Source of the DNA: Candidatus Undinarchaeota archaeon
GTDB lineage: Archaea > SpSt-1190 > JASMDC01
Length of the DNA: 64,000 nt
Reading direction: 5' to 3'
Assembly: GCA_964519305.1 (NCBI GenBank)
Contig: CAZFHY010000008.1
Coordinates: forward strand, 64,001 to 128,000
The translations under genes and the position numbers were made by a program. This document shows positions 48,253 through 58,461 of the stretch, piece after piece. Within the stretch, counting starts at the first letter, position 1; the number at the start of each line of letters is the position of its first letter. The notes under the pieces are model-generated. The model did no database searches. It was not told the DNA's origin and saw only the letters and a list, made by a program, of their open reading frames with translations.

Positions 48253-48930
48253 TCAGGCGTTCTCCGGTCCGTCTTCCTCGAGAACGGGCGCCAGCTCACC
48301 CTCGAGATATCTTCTGACCACTTCCCTGAGGATGGCAGAGGACGATCCCGGATCATCGCGGTACTCGGAGAACCGGACGATCTTCGGGCTCAGGCCGTGC
48401 TCTTTGAGCGCCTTACGAAGCTCTTCCTCGTCCTTGGGCTGGTTGAATCCGAGGATGACGACATCGGGTTCGATGTCGAGGAGCGGGTGGAGCGGGTCAT
48501 CTATATCACCGAGCACGGCCAGGTCCACGGGCTTCAGGGCCGATACGAGCGTTACCCGTTCCTGTTCATCGAGGATCGGGTCCCGTCCCTTGATCTTGCG
48601 CACGTTAGCATCACGAGCGAGCACCACGGCGAGAACGTCCCCGTAATCCTTGGCACGTTCGAGCGTGAACACGTGACCCCCGTGAATGATGTCGAAGGTA
48701 CCGGCCGTGAGGACGATCGTGAGCTCCTTCCTGCCGGTCTTTGTGAGATGTACCCGGCTTTCCGGATCACGCTCTGCAAGCCCATTGTCCACAAGGTCGT
48801 CAACGAGCGAATCGAGCGATGCCTTGGGGATACCGAGCACACGGGACAGCTCCTCACCGTCCGGTCGCCAGGCCGTCCGGTTCAGCACCCATAAGGCCTT
48901 GAGCAACGGACGGCGGAGGGAAGCTCGCAT
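48253..48930 (-). CDS. ribL: FAD synthase (RibL-type nucleotidyltransferase) with N-terminal winged-helix
   Basis: GTFDIIHGGH, RDANVRKIKGR.PI, PDVVILGFNQ, SSSAI; N-terminal ELSRVLGIPKASLDSLVDDLVDNGL...HLTKTG. Confidence 0.78.
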   Translation of the reverse strand: MRASLRRPLLKALWVLNRTAWRPDGEELSRVLGIPKASLDSLVDDLVDNGLAERDPESRVHLTKTGRKELTIVLTAGTFDIIHGGHVFTLERAKDYGDVLAVVLARDANVRKIKGRDPILDEQERVTLVSALKPVDLAVLGDIDDPLHPLLDIEPDVVILGFNQPKDEEELRKALKEHGLSPKIVRFSEYRDDPGSSSAILREVVRRYLEGELAPVLEEDGPENA

Positions 48931-48982
48931 TGGCGCACCGCCTTACCGAACGAATATAAGTCTATTGGCTGCACGCCGACCC

Positions 48983-50809
48983 ATGTCTGCGCCCGTGCTC
49001 GGAAAGACCTACCTGGGCTGGTGCGAGCAATGTAATGTGCCCGTCATTGGCAGGAAATGTGGACGATGTGGGGAACAACCCAGGACCATCGGCCTCACAC
49101 CTCCGGCGGACACCAAGCCCGCGTTCCCTTGGGACATAGAGCACATCAACGCGTTCTTCCTTGAGCATTACGGCGCACCCCTCCTCCGGGATGACCGGGT
49201 GGCCGTGATGAGCAGCACGGCCGGTTTCGACTGCGCCTATGAGATCCTGACAGACGGCGTGAAGCTCTGCATCATCGGGACCGATGACGCAGGAGTGGAG
49301 TTCTGCAAGCTCTATATCCCGGGTGCCCAGAGGTTGGCCGATGGTGGGGCCCGTGGAGGCGTGGCCATAGAGGAGGATGTCGTCAGGTTCCTCGAGCATG
49401 GCGATCTTCTCAGGCCGGGCGTGGACGGAGCGGATCCGGGGATCCGAAATGGACAGGAGGCGTTCGTCCATGTCAACGGACGCGTCGTGGCCACCGGGAC
49501 CGCCCGTATGAACGGCGATGAGATGTGCACCGGAGAGCGAGGTGTCGCAGTGAAGGTCCGCAGGTTCGGACGTTCCGACGGTGACGACTTGGGCCCGTCT
49601 ACCTGGGATGACGCGGTCGAGGCGAACACGCGACGTCTGGACAATATCGAGCGACATGCAGTGGCCTTCATGCGCAAGGCCGTTCATCGTAACAAGGGAC
49701 ACCCCCTGGTGGCCATGAGCGGTGGTAAGGACTCGATGGTCACTCTTGTCCTCGCATCGAAGGCCCTCGAGGGATTCGATGTCCTCTTCGTCGATACAGG
49801 ACTTGAGTTCGATGAGACCGTGAAGTGCGTGCACGAGTCATGTGAGGCGCTCGACCTCGAGGACAGGCTCATCGTCGCCTCCGCAGGTGACGGTTTCTGG
49901 CGCAGTCTGCCGACATTCGGGCCTCCTGCAATGGACTACAGGTGGTGCTGCAAGGTCGCTAAGCTCGGTCCCGTTTCCCGGACAATCGGGGAGCGATGGG
50001 GGTCGACACTGACCTTCGGGGGCGAGCGGAAGTACGAGTCTTTCTCCCGGGCAAAACGTCCGCCGATCGACCGCAACCCGTGGGTCCCCAACCAGCTCTC
50101 AGCCTACCCGATCCTCGACTGGACCGGGCTGGACGTGTGGCTCTACCTCATGCGGGAAAAGGTACCCGTGAACCCCATGTACCACCGGGGTCACGAGCGT
50201 GTCGGATGCTGGATGTGCCCTGCGTCCAACGCGTGGGGGTTCAAGCGACTGTCCGAGACGCACCCTGACCTCTCAAAGCGATGGGATGATATCGTCCGGG
50301 AGCATGCCAAACGCCATAATCTGGACGATGAATGGGTCCAAGGTGGCTGGCGCCGACACGGTCACGGTGAGAAGCAGGAGCTGAAGGGCGGCGCGCCAAC
50401 GGCCACCTACCTCTCTGAGAGCGGCGGCGGCGACATCCCGATGTTCGATGTCAGGATCGAAGGATGGGAGGACAGCCATCTTCTTTCGATGCTGGGAGAA
50501 GTCCATCATGAGGACGATATCACCATCGAGATGCGTGAGGCCTCGCTGGTCATCGGACCCGAGGGTAGTGCTACTGTTATGGGTGAGGGGCTCACACGCG
50601 AGGTAGCGCAAGAGCTCCTTGAGCGTGTGTGCAAGGTGCTCGTCCGTGACCGGGCGTGCACGGGATGCGGTATTTGTGTGGCCGCCTGTCCGCGTGATGC
50701 GCTCTCGTTCTTCGGTCGTCTCATGCTGGATGATAAGCGGTGCGCGAGGTGCGGGAAGTGTCTCGATCAGGCGTGTCCGCTTGACTTCCTTGGCAGGGAA
50801 GAGGCGTGA
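48983..50809 (+). CDS. PAPS reductase family protein with Zn ribbon, PUA and C-terminal 4Fe-4S domains
   Basis: WCEQC/CGRC; PUA (LLRPGV); SGGKDS, DTGLEF, RWCC, RVGCWMCP; CTGCGICVAACP. Confidence 0.9.
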   Translation: MSAPVLGKTYLGWCEQCNVPVIGRKCGRCGEQPRTIGLTPPADTKPAFPWDIEHINAFFLEHYGAPLLRDDRVAVMSSTAGFDCAYEILTDGVKLCIIGTDDAGVEFCKLYIPGAQRLADGGARGGVAIEEDVVRFLEHGDLLRPGVDGADPGIRNGQEAFVHVNGRVVATGTARMNGDEMCTGERGVAVKVRRFGRSDGDDLGPSTWDDAVEANTRRLDNIERHAVAFMRKAVHRNKGHPLVAMSGGKDSMVTLVLASKALEGFDVLFVDTGLEFDETVKCVHESCEALDLEDRLIVASAGDGFWRSLPTFGPPAMDYRWCCKVAKLGPVSRTIGERWGSTLTFGGERKYESFSRAKRPPIDRNPWVPNQLSAYPILDWTGLDVWLYLMREKVPVNPMYHRGHERVGCWMCPASNAWGFKRLSETHPDLSKRWDDIVREHAKRHNLDDEWVQGGWRRHGHGEKQELKGGAPTATYLSESGGGDIPMFDVRIEGWEDSHLLSMLGEVHHEDDITIEMREASLVIGPEGSATVMGEGLTREVAQELLERVCKVLVRDRACTGCGICVAACPRDALSFFGRLMLDDKRCARCGKCLDQACPLDFLGREEA

Positions 50810-50866
50810 ACGGATCGGCCACGGGCCTCGAATACCTATTTAAATGTTGACACCGGGGCGAATCCC

Positions 50867-51337
50867 ATGCCGATCCAGATCGTGTACACCGATGTCGCAG
50901 GCAAGCGGAACCATGATGTCTCTGCCGAGGAGATCTCCATCCAGACCAGGCCGGGCATCACTGCTATCGAACGCATCAAGTTAGCCGGGCGTGACGCAGT
51001 CGCCGTAAGGTTCCAGCTCATCACCGATTATTCACCCTCCGTCGGAACACTCAACGTGCAGGGTATCATGATTATCTCGGGAGAGCGTGTCGACAACATC
51101 CTGGAAGGTGAGGGCGATATGATCGGACTCCTCATGCCTGCCAAGGAACGTGTGTTCCAGGCCATGTTGCAGGATCCTCTAATCCTGTCCATCAACCTCG
51201 CGCGGGACCTCAAGCTGCCGCCACCCATCTCGTCCCCCAAGATCCTGCTCGGTGACGACTCCCCCCGCATGCCGGAGAAGAAGAAGGCTCCGAAGAAGGC
51301 GAAGAAGTCCGCTGCCAAGAGCGGTAAAAAGAAGTAG
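50867..51337 (+). CDS. Hypothetical protein with basic tail
   Basis: TATTTAAA upstream; ARDLKLPPPI motif resembles a conserved archaeal family (recalled, unverified). Confidence 0.7.
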   Translation: MPIQIVYTDVAGKRNHDVSAEEISIQTRPGITAIERIKLAGRDAVAVRFQLITDYSPSVGTLNVQGIMIISGERVDNILEGEGDMIGLLMPAKERVFQAMLQDPLILSINLARDLKLPPPISSPKILLGDDSPRMPEKKKAPKKAKKSAAKSGKKK

Positions 51338-51394
51338 GCGACGTCCCTTGGTGGCACGGGGCGAAAGGGGCAATCCCTACGAGTGGTGACCTCA

Positions 51395-53374
51395 ATGGAA
51401 GGAGTGCTCCACAGACGTATCCGGGATATCCTCGTCAACTACCATGATGGTGGTGAGGACGCGCTCGCCACGATCGGTGAGGACGCGGTAGGTCCCCTTA
51501 TTGAAGCCCTCCGTGATGAAGATCAGACCATCCGACAGTTCGCAGCGCTCGCACTGGGTGATCTTGGGAGCGTCAAAGCGGTCGAACCCCTCACCGACCT
51601 GCTCGGTGACAAGGACATGTACGCCAGGTACGGGGCCGCGCTGGCTCTGGGCAAGATCGGGAAGCACGCTGTCGAACCGCTCATCGGTGTTCTTGCGAAC
51701 GGTGACGAGGACAAACGTCACGCAGCTATCTTGGCCCTTGGAAGGATCGGTGACAACAAGGCCGTGGAACCTCTGATCGAAGCGCTCGCTCACGACGACG
51801 ATGAGGTCCGTAAGCACGCTGCAGAGGCGCTCGGTCGTATGAAGGACAAACGGGCCATCACACCGCTCATTCGAACGCTGGATGACGACTACATCTACGC
51901 GCGGTACGGTGCCGCCATGGCGCTGGGCGAGATCGGCGAGGATGCTGTCGACCATCTCTTGAAGGAGCTGGAATCGCCCAATGAACGGGTCGTTGTGGGG
52001 GCCATCATTTCGCTCATGCGCATCCGGGATTCCCGTGCGCTCGAACCGGTGACCGTCCTCGTGACGCATCCGTCCGCTGAGGTGCGCAAGCATGCAGTGG
52101 AGGCACTGGGCAGGTTCGGTGACTACTCATCCATCCCGATACTCAAGGAGGCTGTCGTTGACGATGAAGATGGCGACGTGCGTGCCAAGGCCGCTGAAGC
52201 ACTGGGACGTATAGGCTCGAAGGACGCGATCGCCGCGCTCACCGATTGCGCTAAAGACCATCACATCTATGTGAGACGTGCAGCCGCCGAGGCCATGGCA
52301 AGGATCGGTGAAAGGGCTGCTGTCCTGCCGCTCCTGACGCTCCTTCGGGACGAGTACGAGGAAGTGCGATGGTGTGCCGCGGAGGCGCTCGGTAGCATCG
52401 GTGACAGAGATGCCGGTTCCGCGCTCATGGACGCGCTCAAGGACGAGTCCAGTCATGTACGCTGGAGCTCTGCCGAGGCACTGGGCAATCTGTCGATCCG
52501 TGCAGCCACGCCCTACCTCCTCATGGCGCTGAAGGACAACAACAGTCACGTCCGCTGGTCAGCCGCAGAGGCACTGGGCCGTATCGGGAGCAGGTCCTCG
52601 GTCAACGGACTGATCGCCCTCCTCGACGACGAGCACATGTACGTGAGACGCTATGCAGTAGAGGCCCTGGGTGAGATCGGTGACGCCCGGGCCGTTCGCA
52701 AGGTCATCGTCGCTCTACGTGACAGGTACGAGGACGTGCGGCTCTGTGCAGTGGAGTCCCTTGGAAGGCTCAGCGATCCTCTGGCCGTCGAACCTCTAAT
52801 CAGCATGGTCGACAACCATCACGAACAGGTACGCACGAGGGTCGTAGAAGCGCTCGGTCGTATCGGGGACGTGCGCGCCGTCGAACCGCTGCTCGACCTG
52901 ATCAACGACGCTCATGACGATGTTCGATGGGCCGCGGCCGAAGCCCTTGGACGCATCGGTGATTCACGGGGAACGGTCCCGCTCATCCAGCTGCTCAAGG
53001 ACGATTACGTGGACCTGCGCTGGTGCGCGGCAGAAGCGCTCGGTCATATCGGCGACGTTCGTGCAAGGGATGCGCTCCATGGTGCACTCGATGACATGAA
53101 CGGACGGGTGCGGCTCTCCGCGGCCGAGGCACTGGGTCGCATCGGTTCTCCGGCCTCGCTCAAGCCTCTTGTGAAGGTCACAAAGGACACGAACCCGCAT
53201 GTCCGCAAGCACGCCGCGGACTCTCTTGGAAGGATTGGCGAAAAAGGTGCTGTGAATGCGCTCCGCTCTCTCATGGATGACGATGATGCTTTCGTGAGGT
53301 CCGCTGCAGAGGGGGCCCTGGAGCGTCTCGGTGAGCCCATATCGAAGGTGAAGAAAGTAAAGAAGAAGGGCTGA
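51395..53374 (+). CDS. HEAT/PBS-lyase repeat protein
   Basis: About 20 repeats of ~31 aa: VR..AAEALG.IGD.RAV.PL...L.D. Confidence 0.92.
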   Translation: MEGVLHRRIRDILVNYHDGGEDALATIGEDAVGPLIEALRDEDQTIRQFAALALGDLGSVKAVEPLTDLLGDKDMYARYGAALALGKIGKHAVEPLIGVLANGDEDKRHAAILALGRIGDNKAVEPLIEALAHDDDEVRKHAAEALGRMKDKRAITPLIRTLDDDYIYARYGAAMALGEIGEDAVDHLLKELESPNERVVVGAIISLMRIRDSRALEPVTVLVTHPSAEVRKHAVEALGRFGDYSSIPILKEAVVDDEDGDVRAKAAEALGRIGSKDAIAALTDCAKDHHIYVRRAAAEAMARIGERAAVLPLLTLLRDEYEEVRWCAAEALGSIGDRDAGSALMDALKDESSHVRWSSAEALGNLSIRAATPYLLMALKDNNSHVRWSAAEALGRIGSRSSVNGLIALLDDEHMYVRRYAVEALGEIGDARAVRKVIVALRDRYEDVRLCAVESLGRLSDPLAVEPLISMVDNHHEQVRTRVVEALGRIGDVRAVEPLLDLINDAHDDVRWAAAEALGRIGDSRGTVPLIQLLKDDYVDLRWCAAEALGHIGDVRARDALHGALDDMNGRVRLSAAEALGRIGSPASLKPLVKVTKDTNPHVRKHAADSLGRIGEKGAVNALRSLMDDDDAFVRSAAEGALERLGEPISKVKKVKKKG

Positions 53375-53445
53375 GCACCCCTTTCTCGTTAGTATATACG
53401 ATAATTCCCGAGGCTTAATATCATCAGAAATACAATCGATTATTT

Positions 53446-53537
53446 GGGGGACACGACGCCACCCGAGTCCCCCTGGGGGCGGCGAGATAGATCCTTGCGT
53501 TGCCTTGGGTTGCCATTCCTTTATGGCTCCCGCCCCC
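53446..53537. ncRNA. Candidate structured small RNA
   Basis: TTAATA at 53415-20; stems GGGGGAC/GTCCCCC and GGGGGCGG/CCGCCCCC. Confidence 0.25.
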
Positions 53538-53647
53538 GTATTCTAATCCCTTGTACTGATAAGAGCCCTTCTCCCTCGATTGCACCCTCGCCGGGTTCCC
53601 AAAACCTTATAAACCGCCTGAGGGGCTCGATACTGTCATAGGGTGAC

Positions 53648-55468
53648 ATGGTGGAGTTGGACGCCATCTCCAATGGCTACATTTGGAGCGTGACTCCTAG
53701 AGAGGAGAACTACAAGCTCGTAGAGGGAGACCGCCCGCTCGATGTCACCAACGCTTCGAACGTCTTCGTACGGGGGAACTGGATCCTCGACTATGAACTG
53801 CGTACCGAGGCAAGGATGGTCTCGTCCACCGTCGACAAGGACCGTGCAGAAGCGACCTACGAGCTCGGCGGGAAGGAATACACCCGCACCATCCATTACG
53901 ATGGCAACACCATCAATGACACCACCGATCTGCCCGATGCCGAATACTCGGTCATCCCTCGTGGCGAGACGGCATTCCAACACCGTCTCTGGGGCATGAT
54001 GCCATCTGTACAATGCCCTCCCTATGAGAAGGTGGGGGACCGGTACGAGAAGACCGGCCTGGACGGTGTAGAGCGCTCATTCTCGTACGACACATCAAGC
54101 TCCAACGGAAAGACCAGCCTTTCCATAGATGTGGACGACCGTTTCCCGGAAAAGGAGTTCATCGATCCGCAGCAGTGGGCCGCGTCCCGCCCCGCACCCA
54201 ACAGCGGAAACGACCGGTACGACACCGCTTTCCAGGGTGCCGTCGATGCTATCGCGCAGCTTGTCACCTATGTTCCCGTGGAGGGCGACCGACAGGTCAG
54301 GGCGCTGGTCGCCGGATATCCGGTATTCCCGAGTGTGTTCGGACGCGATTCCGACATCACGAACTTCGGCCTCGTCTATGTCGATCCCGACCTCGTCCGG
54401 GACAACGTCGAGTTCCGTCTGACCTGCCTGGGCACCAAGATGGACCATCACAAGTCCGAGGAACCGGGGAAAGCGGTACACGAGTACAACATCGACGAGC
54501 TCACCGAGTCAGGTTCATTCAAGCGCTTCCCCAACTACATCGGCACCGATGAGAGCCCGCTCATAGGCATCTCAGTGGCACGCTACACGCGGATCGCTGA
54601 CGACGATGCCCTCCTGGATTCCCGTGCGGCCGAGCTTGGCCGTCTCTTCACGTTCATCCGCGACCACGAGGACGCTGACGGTCTCCTATCTTTCAAGGGG
54701 GACGACCGCGATCCTGTCACCAACGAGCCTGTGTACTTCACCCGGTACCACACCTGGCGCGATGCTGACAACAGCGTTCTTCATCCGGAAGGTCAGCATC
54801 CTGACCAACCGCTCCGCGTGCTCTGGGACCAGCTATGTCTGTTCGGTATGTACGAGGAGTTCCACCGCCTCGCATCCAGCGACAAGAGCACCAACGCCAA
54901 GCTATCGTCCATCATGGGTGTAAACGATGCCATGACCTTCCTCGCGTCCAAGCGTGATGCGCTGAAGCTAACTATCAACGAGAAGTACTGGATGGACGAC
55001 CTCGACGCGTACGCCATCGCCCTTGACAAGGACGGGGACCAGGTGCGGACCGTGAACTCGGACGTATGCATGGGTCTGTACTACCGCGCTTTCGATGATG
55101 ACAAGGCCCATCGCCTTGTCACCAACGTGCTCTCCGATCCCGACCGGCTCGGTGACAAGTTCGGCATGCGCACCATCTCCAAGGAGCACGGGTCGTATGC
55201 CCCCGACGGGTACCACCTCGGTGGTGTCTGGCCTTTCCAGAGCCCCTTTGCCGCGGTCGGTGCACGTAACTACGGGGAGGACGCTTACGCCGACAGCCTC
55301 GAGTCCGCCAACGTCGAGGTCATAGAGAAGATGGGTTCCATCCCCGAGGTACTGAGGGCCGATTGCGATGAACCGACCATCCGTGGTCACTCCTGCAATC
55401 CCCAGGCCTGGTCGGCAGCGGCCATCTTCCTGGCCCATTTCGAGGGTAAGGGCGCAAAGAAGGCTTAG
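53648..55468 (+). CDS. Amylo-alpha-1,6-glucosidase/glycogen debranching enzyme family
   Basis: AGYPVFPSVFGRDS, EEPGK..HE, TWRD, FGMRT, YHLGGVWP, PE, CNPQAWS. Confidence 0.85.
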   Translation: MVELDAISNGYIWSVTPREENYKLVEGDRPLDVTNASNVFVRGNWILDYELRTEARMVSSTVDKDRAEATYELGGKEYTRTIHYDGNTINDTTDLPDAEYSVIPRGETAFQHRLWGMMPSVQCPPYEKVGDRYEKTGLDGVERSFSYDTSSSNGKTSLSIDVDDRFPEKEFIDPQQWAASRPAPNSGNDRYDTAFQGAVDAIAQLVTYVPVEGDRQVRALVAGYPVFPSVFGRDSDITNFGLVYVDPDLVRDNVEFRLTCLGTKMDHHKSEEPGKAVHEYNIDELTESGSFKRFPNYIGTDESPLIGISVARYTRIADDDALLDSRAAELGRLFTFIRDHEDADGLLSFKGDDRDPVTNEPVYFTRYHTWRDADNSVLHPEGQHPDQPLRVLWDQLCLFGMYEEFHRLASSDKSTNAKLSSIMGVNDAMTFLASKRDALKLTINEKYWMDDLDAYAIALDKDGDQVRTVNSDVCMGLYYRAFDDDKAHRLVTNVLSDPDRLGDKFGMRTISKEHGSYAPDGYHLGGVWPFQSPFAAVGARNYGEDAYADSLESANVEVIEKMGSIPEVLRADCDEPTIRGHSCNPQAWSAAAIFLAHFEGKGAKKA

Positions 55469-55572
55469 GGCTCAATGCGGCCCGGTGTCCCGTTCTCACT
55501 GATAGCACGTCCCACACCAAACGAAAAGTATATAAACGACAAGGGGGTGTCGTCACTTGCTGGTGACAACTT

Positions 55573-56148
55573 ATGTACGGAGATGCTCTTGAACTGGGTG
55601 GGATTCGAGATGACCTCGAATCGTATACAGGCGTTCTGCAGAAATACGGGCAGGAAATTGCCTCAGGAAAGGCCAACTGGGAAAAGCTCAAGGAGAGCGG
55701 TGACTGGTTAGGCAATGCTGAGGAATACATCAAGGGTGCCCATGGCAGCGACGCCAAGTCAGTGTACAACGCGCTGAAGGCGACCGGTGACGCGACCACG
55801 CTCATGTCCATGGGCATGAAGCAAAAGCACGGCGCCGAAGGCGTGAACGCACTGTGCTCAGAGCTCGCAGAGGAAACAAGAGGAAGATACCTCGGGTTCA
55901 TGAAGATCGCCGAAGAGGCAGGTATGCCGAAGTTCGGAGATTACTTCGCCAAGATCGGTGACGGCCTGGGAGACCTCTACTCTGGATCGATAGCATCCTA
56001 CATGCAGGCAGAGGGAATGATGCACCTCACCGATGCTTCCGAAGGCATCGCAAAGAGCCTGAAGGACTTCGGCGGAAAGATCGAACAGCAGCTCGAACAG
56101 CTGACCACTACGATCGAGAAGCTGTCCGACAGGTACGGGGACATCTGA
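55573..56148 (+). CDS. Hypothetical helical protein, tandem paralog 1
   Basis: 191 aa, colinear with 56279-56854; own TATA box (TATATAAA). Confidence 0.85.
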   Translation: MYGDALELGGIRDDLESYTGVLQKYGQEIASGKANWEKLKESGDWLGNAEEYIKGAHGSDAKSVYNALKATGDATTLMSMGMKQKHGAEGVNALCSELAEETRGRYLGFMKIAEEAGMPKFGDYFAKIGDGLGDLYSGSIASYMQAEGMMHLTDASEGIAKSLKDFGGKIEQQLEQLTTTIEKLSDRYGDI

Positions 56149-56163
56149 CCCCAAAAAGGATAG

Positions 56164-56188
56164 GCGCGGGGGCAAAAAGCCCCCGCGC
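56164..56188 (+). terminator. GC hairpin followed by a pyrimidine tract
   Basis: GCGCGGGGGC-AAAAA-GCCCCCGCGC perfect 10-bp stem, then a T/C-rich run. Confidence 0.65.
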
Positions 56189-56278
56189 ATCCATTCTTTT
56201 CTCCTTTTCCCAGCGGTAGCACCGAAACGAAACATTTAAATAGCTGGAGAAACATTTACTACTGTCTGGTGACAAAAC

Positions 56279-56854
56279 ATGTACGCTGATGCTCCTGATA
56301 CCGGTGGGATACGAGAGGACCTGGGAGGCTATATGGGCATCCTGGGCAAGTATGGACAGGATATTTCTGGCGGAAAGGCCAACTGGGAGAAGCTCAAAGA
56401 GAGCGGCGACTGGATGGAAAACGCCGAGGCATATATCAAAGAAGCTCATGGAAAGGACGCAAAGACGGTATATAATGCTCTAAAGATGACCGGCGATGCG
56501 ATGACCCTGATGTCCTTCGGTATGAAGCAGAAGTACGGTGAGGAAGGGGTCAACGAGATGCTGGGCGAACTGGCGGCAGAGACCCGTGAGAGATACACCG
56601 GCATGAAGAAGATCGCCGAGGACGCGGGGATGCCAAAGTTCGGAGGCTACTTCGACAGCATCGGTGACAGTCTGGCCGGTCTATACTCAAACTCGATGGC
56701 AGGGTACCTGCAGGCCGAGGGAATGATGCATCTCACAGAGGCATCCGAGGGAATAGCCAACGGCCTCAAGGACTTCGGCGGCAAGATCGAGAAGCAGCTC
56801 GAACAGCTGACGGCCACCATCGAGAAGCTGTCGGACCGGTACGGGGACATCTAG
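56279..56854 (+). CDS. Hypothetical helical protein, tandem paralog 2
   Basis: 191 aa, ~74% identical to paralog 1 by manual count; own TTTAAATA box. Confidence 0.85.
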   Translation: MYADAPDTGGIREDLGGYMGILGKYGQDISGGKANWEKLKESGDWMENAEAYIKEAHGKDAKTVYNALKMTGDAMTLMSFGMKQKYGEEGVNEMLGELAAETRERYTGMKKIAEDAGMPKFGGYFDSIGDSLAGLYSNSMAGYLQAEGMMHLTEASEGIANGLKDFGGKIEKQLEQLTATIEKLSDRYGDI

Positions 56855-57007
56855 TCCCCGTACTTCTCCTCCCCATACCTGGACCGATAGTCAGCACTAT
56901 CAAGAATCATCCTCATATATCGCACGGTCCCCGGGGCGGATACCTGGAAACAGGGGGACGCGAACTCCAACGACACACATTTAAGGCTTGTTCAGCGACC
57001 GGCAGGC

Positions 57008-58429
57008 ATGACGCTAGTCGTGTACAACACTCTGGGCAGGGAAAAGCAGGAGTTCAAGCCGGCCGAAGGGAACAACGTACGGATGTACGTGTGCGGACCC
57101 ACGGTGTACGACTATTGTCACATAGGTCATGCCCGGTCCTACGTCGCATTCGACGTCATACGGCGATGGCTGGAGCGTAAGGGGTTCAACGTCATCTACG
57201 TTCAGAACTTCACGGACATCGACGACAAGATAATCAACAGAGCGAACGAGAAGGGCGAGGATCCCGTCAAGCTCGCCAAGAAGTTCATCGATGCGTATGT
57301 CGAGGACATGTCAGCGCTAGGTGTAAGGGACGCGGACGTGCATCCCCGGGTATCCGCACATATCCAGGACATCATCGAAACGGTGAAAGGGCTGATCGAT
57401 AAAGGGTTCGCGTACGAGGCAGGGGGAGACGTGTACTTCTCGGTCGAGTCTTTCTCCAACTATGGGAAGCTCTCGAACATATCCTTGGACGATATGCGCA
57501 ACGAGCAATCCGCTCTCAAGCAGCACTCGCGAGACTTCGCTCTATGGAAGGCTTCGAAGCCCGGCGAGCCCAAGTGGGAGAGCCCGTGGAGCGAGGGACG
57601 TCCCGGATGGCATATCGAGTGCTCGGTCATGTCATCGAAATACCTCGGTCCTTCTTTCGACATTCACGGAGGGGGCGCGGACCTCGTGTTCCCACATCAC
57701 GAGAACGAGATCGCGCAGGCAGAGGCGGCGTCAGGGAAGACACCTTTCGCCCGATACTGGCTGCATAACGGTTTCATCACCATCGACAAGGAGAAGATGT
57801 CAAAATCGCTCGATAACTTCTTCACAATCCGCGAGGTACTCGAGAAGTTCGAGCCGGAAGCCGTCAGGTTCTTCTTAGTGCTCACGCAATACCGGAGCCC
57901 CATCGACTTCTCGGACAAGGGGATCGAAGAGGCATCACGCGGCTTAGAGCGGTTGCGGAACACGGTCCGGAAGCTCCAGGCATTGATCCGGGACGCCACA
58001 GACACGGGAGCTCTCTCGACGGCGGAAGAGGGGATGCTCAAGGCGGCCGTGAAGGCTGAAGAGGATTTCGCCTACGCGATGGACAGCGACTTCAACACGG
58101 CAGGCGCCGTGGCCGCGCTCTTCGAGCTGGCGTCCGCGACCAACGCTTTCCTCCAGAAGAACGATGAGCCCAACCGGCTAGTCCTGAAGAGGCTCATGGG
58201 GACCTTCCTGGACCTCGGGGACGTCCTTAACATCTTCTGGGAGTTCAGGGAAGGCTCGAGCGGCGACGATGAAGTGACGGACGGTCTGGTCAAGCTCCTC
58301 ATCGAGCAGCGGAAGAACGCACGTACGAACAAGGACTGGGCCGCAGCGGATGCCATCCGCGACAAGCTCGCAGAGATGGGGATCGCGCTGGAGGACAACG
58401 CGGGCGGGACCGTGTGGAAGCAAGTTTAA
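57008..58429 (+). CDS. cysS: Cysteine--tRNA ligase
   Basis: CGPTVYD, HIGH, DFALWK, GRPGWHIECS, DIHGGG, KMSKS. Confidence 0.98.
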   Translation: MTLVVYNTLGREKQEFKPAEGNNVRMYVCGPTVYDYCHIGHARSYVAFDVIRRWLERKGFNVIYVQNFTDIDDKIINRANEKGEDPVKLAKKFIDAYVEDMSALGVRDADVHPRVSAHIQDIIETVKGLIDKGFAYEAGGDVYFSVESFSNYGKLSNISLDDMRNEQSALKQHSRDFALWKASKPGEPKWESPWSEGRPGWHIECSVMSSKYLGPSFDIHGGGADLVFPHHENEIAQAEAASGKTPFARYWLHNGFITIDKEKMSKSLDNFFTIREVLEKFEPEAVRFFLVLTQYRSPIDFSDKGIEEASRGLERLRNTVRKLQALIRDATDTGALSTAEEGMLKAAVKAEEDFAYAMDSDFNTAGAVAALFELASATNAFLQKNDEPNRLVLKRLMGTFLDLGDVLNIFWEFREGSSGDDEVTDGLVKLLIEQRKNARTNKDWAAADAIRDKLAEMGIALEDNAGGTVWKQV

Positions 58430-58461
58430 CGTCGGATGATGGTACTCCATGTTAAATTTGA

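Noticed and set aside
48962-49834. Long antisense/alternate-frame ORFs (also 882-1571, 9052-9732, 36903-37781, 51392-52093, 62304-63227)
   Set aside because: They overlap well-supported genes and have Ser/Arg/Pro-rich shadow composition typical of high-GC DNA.
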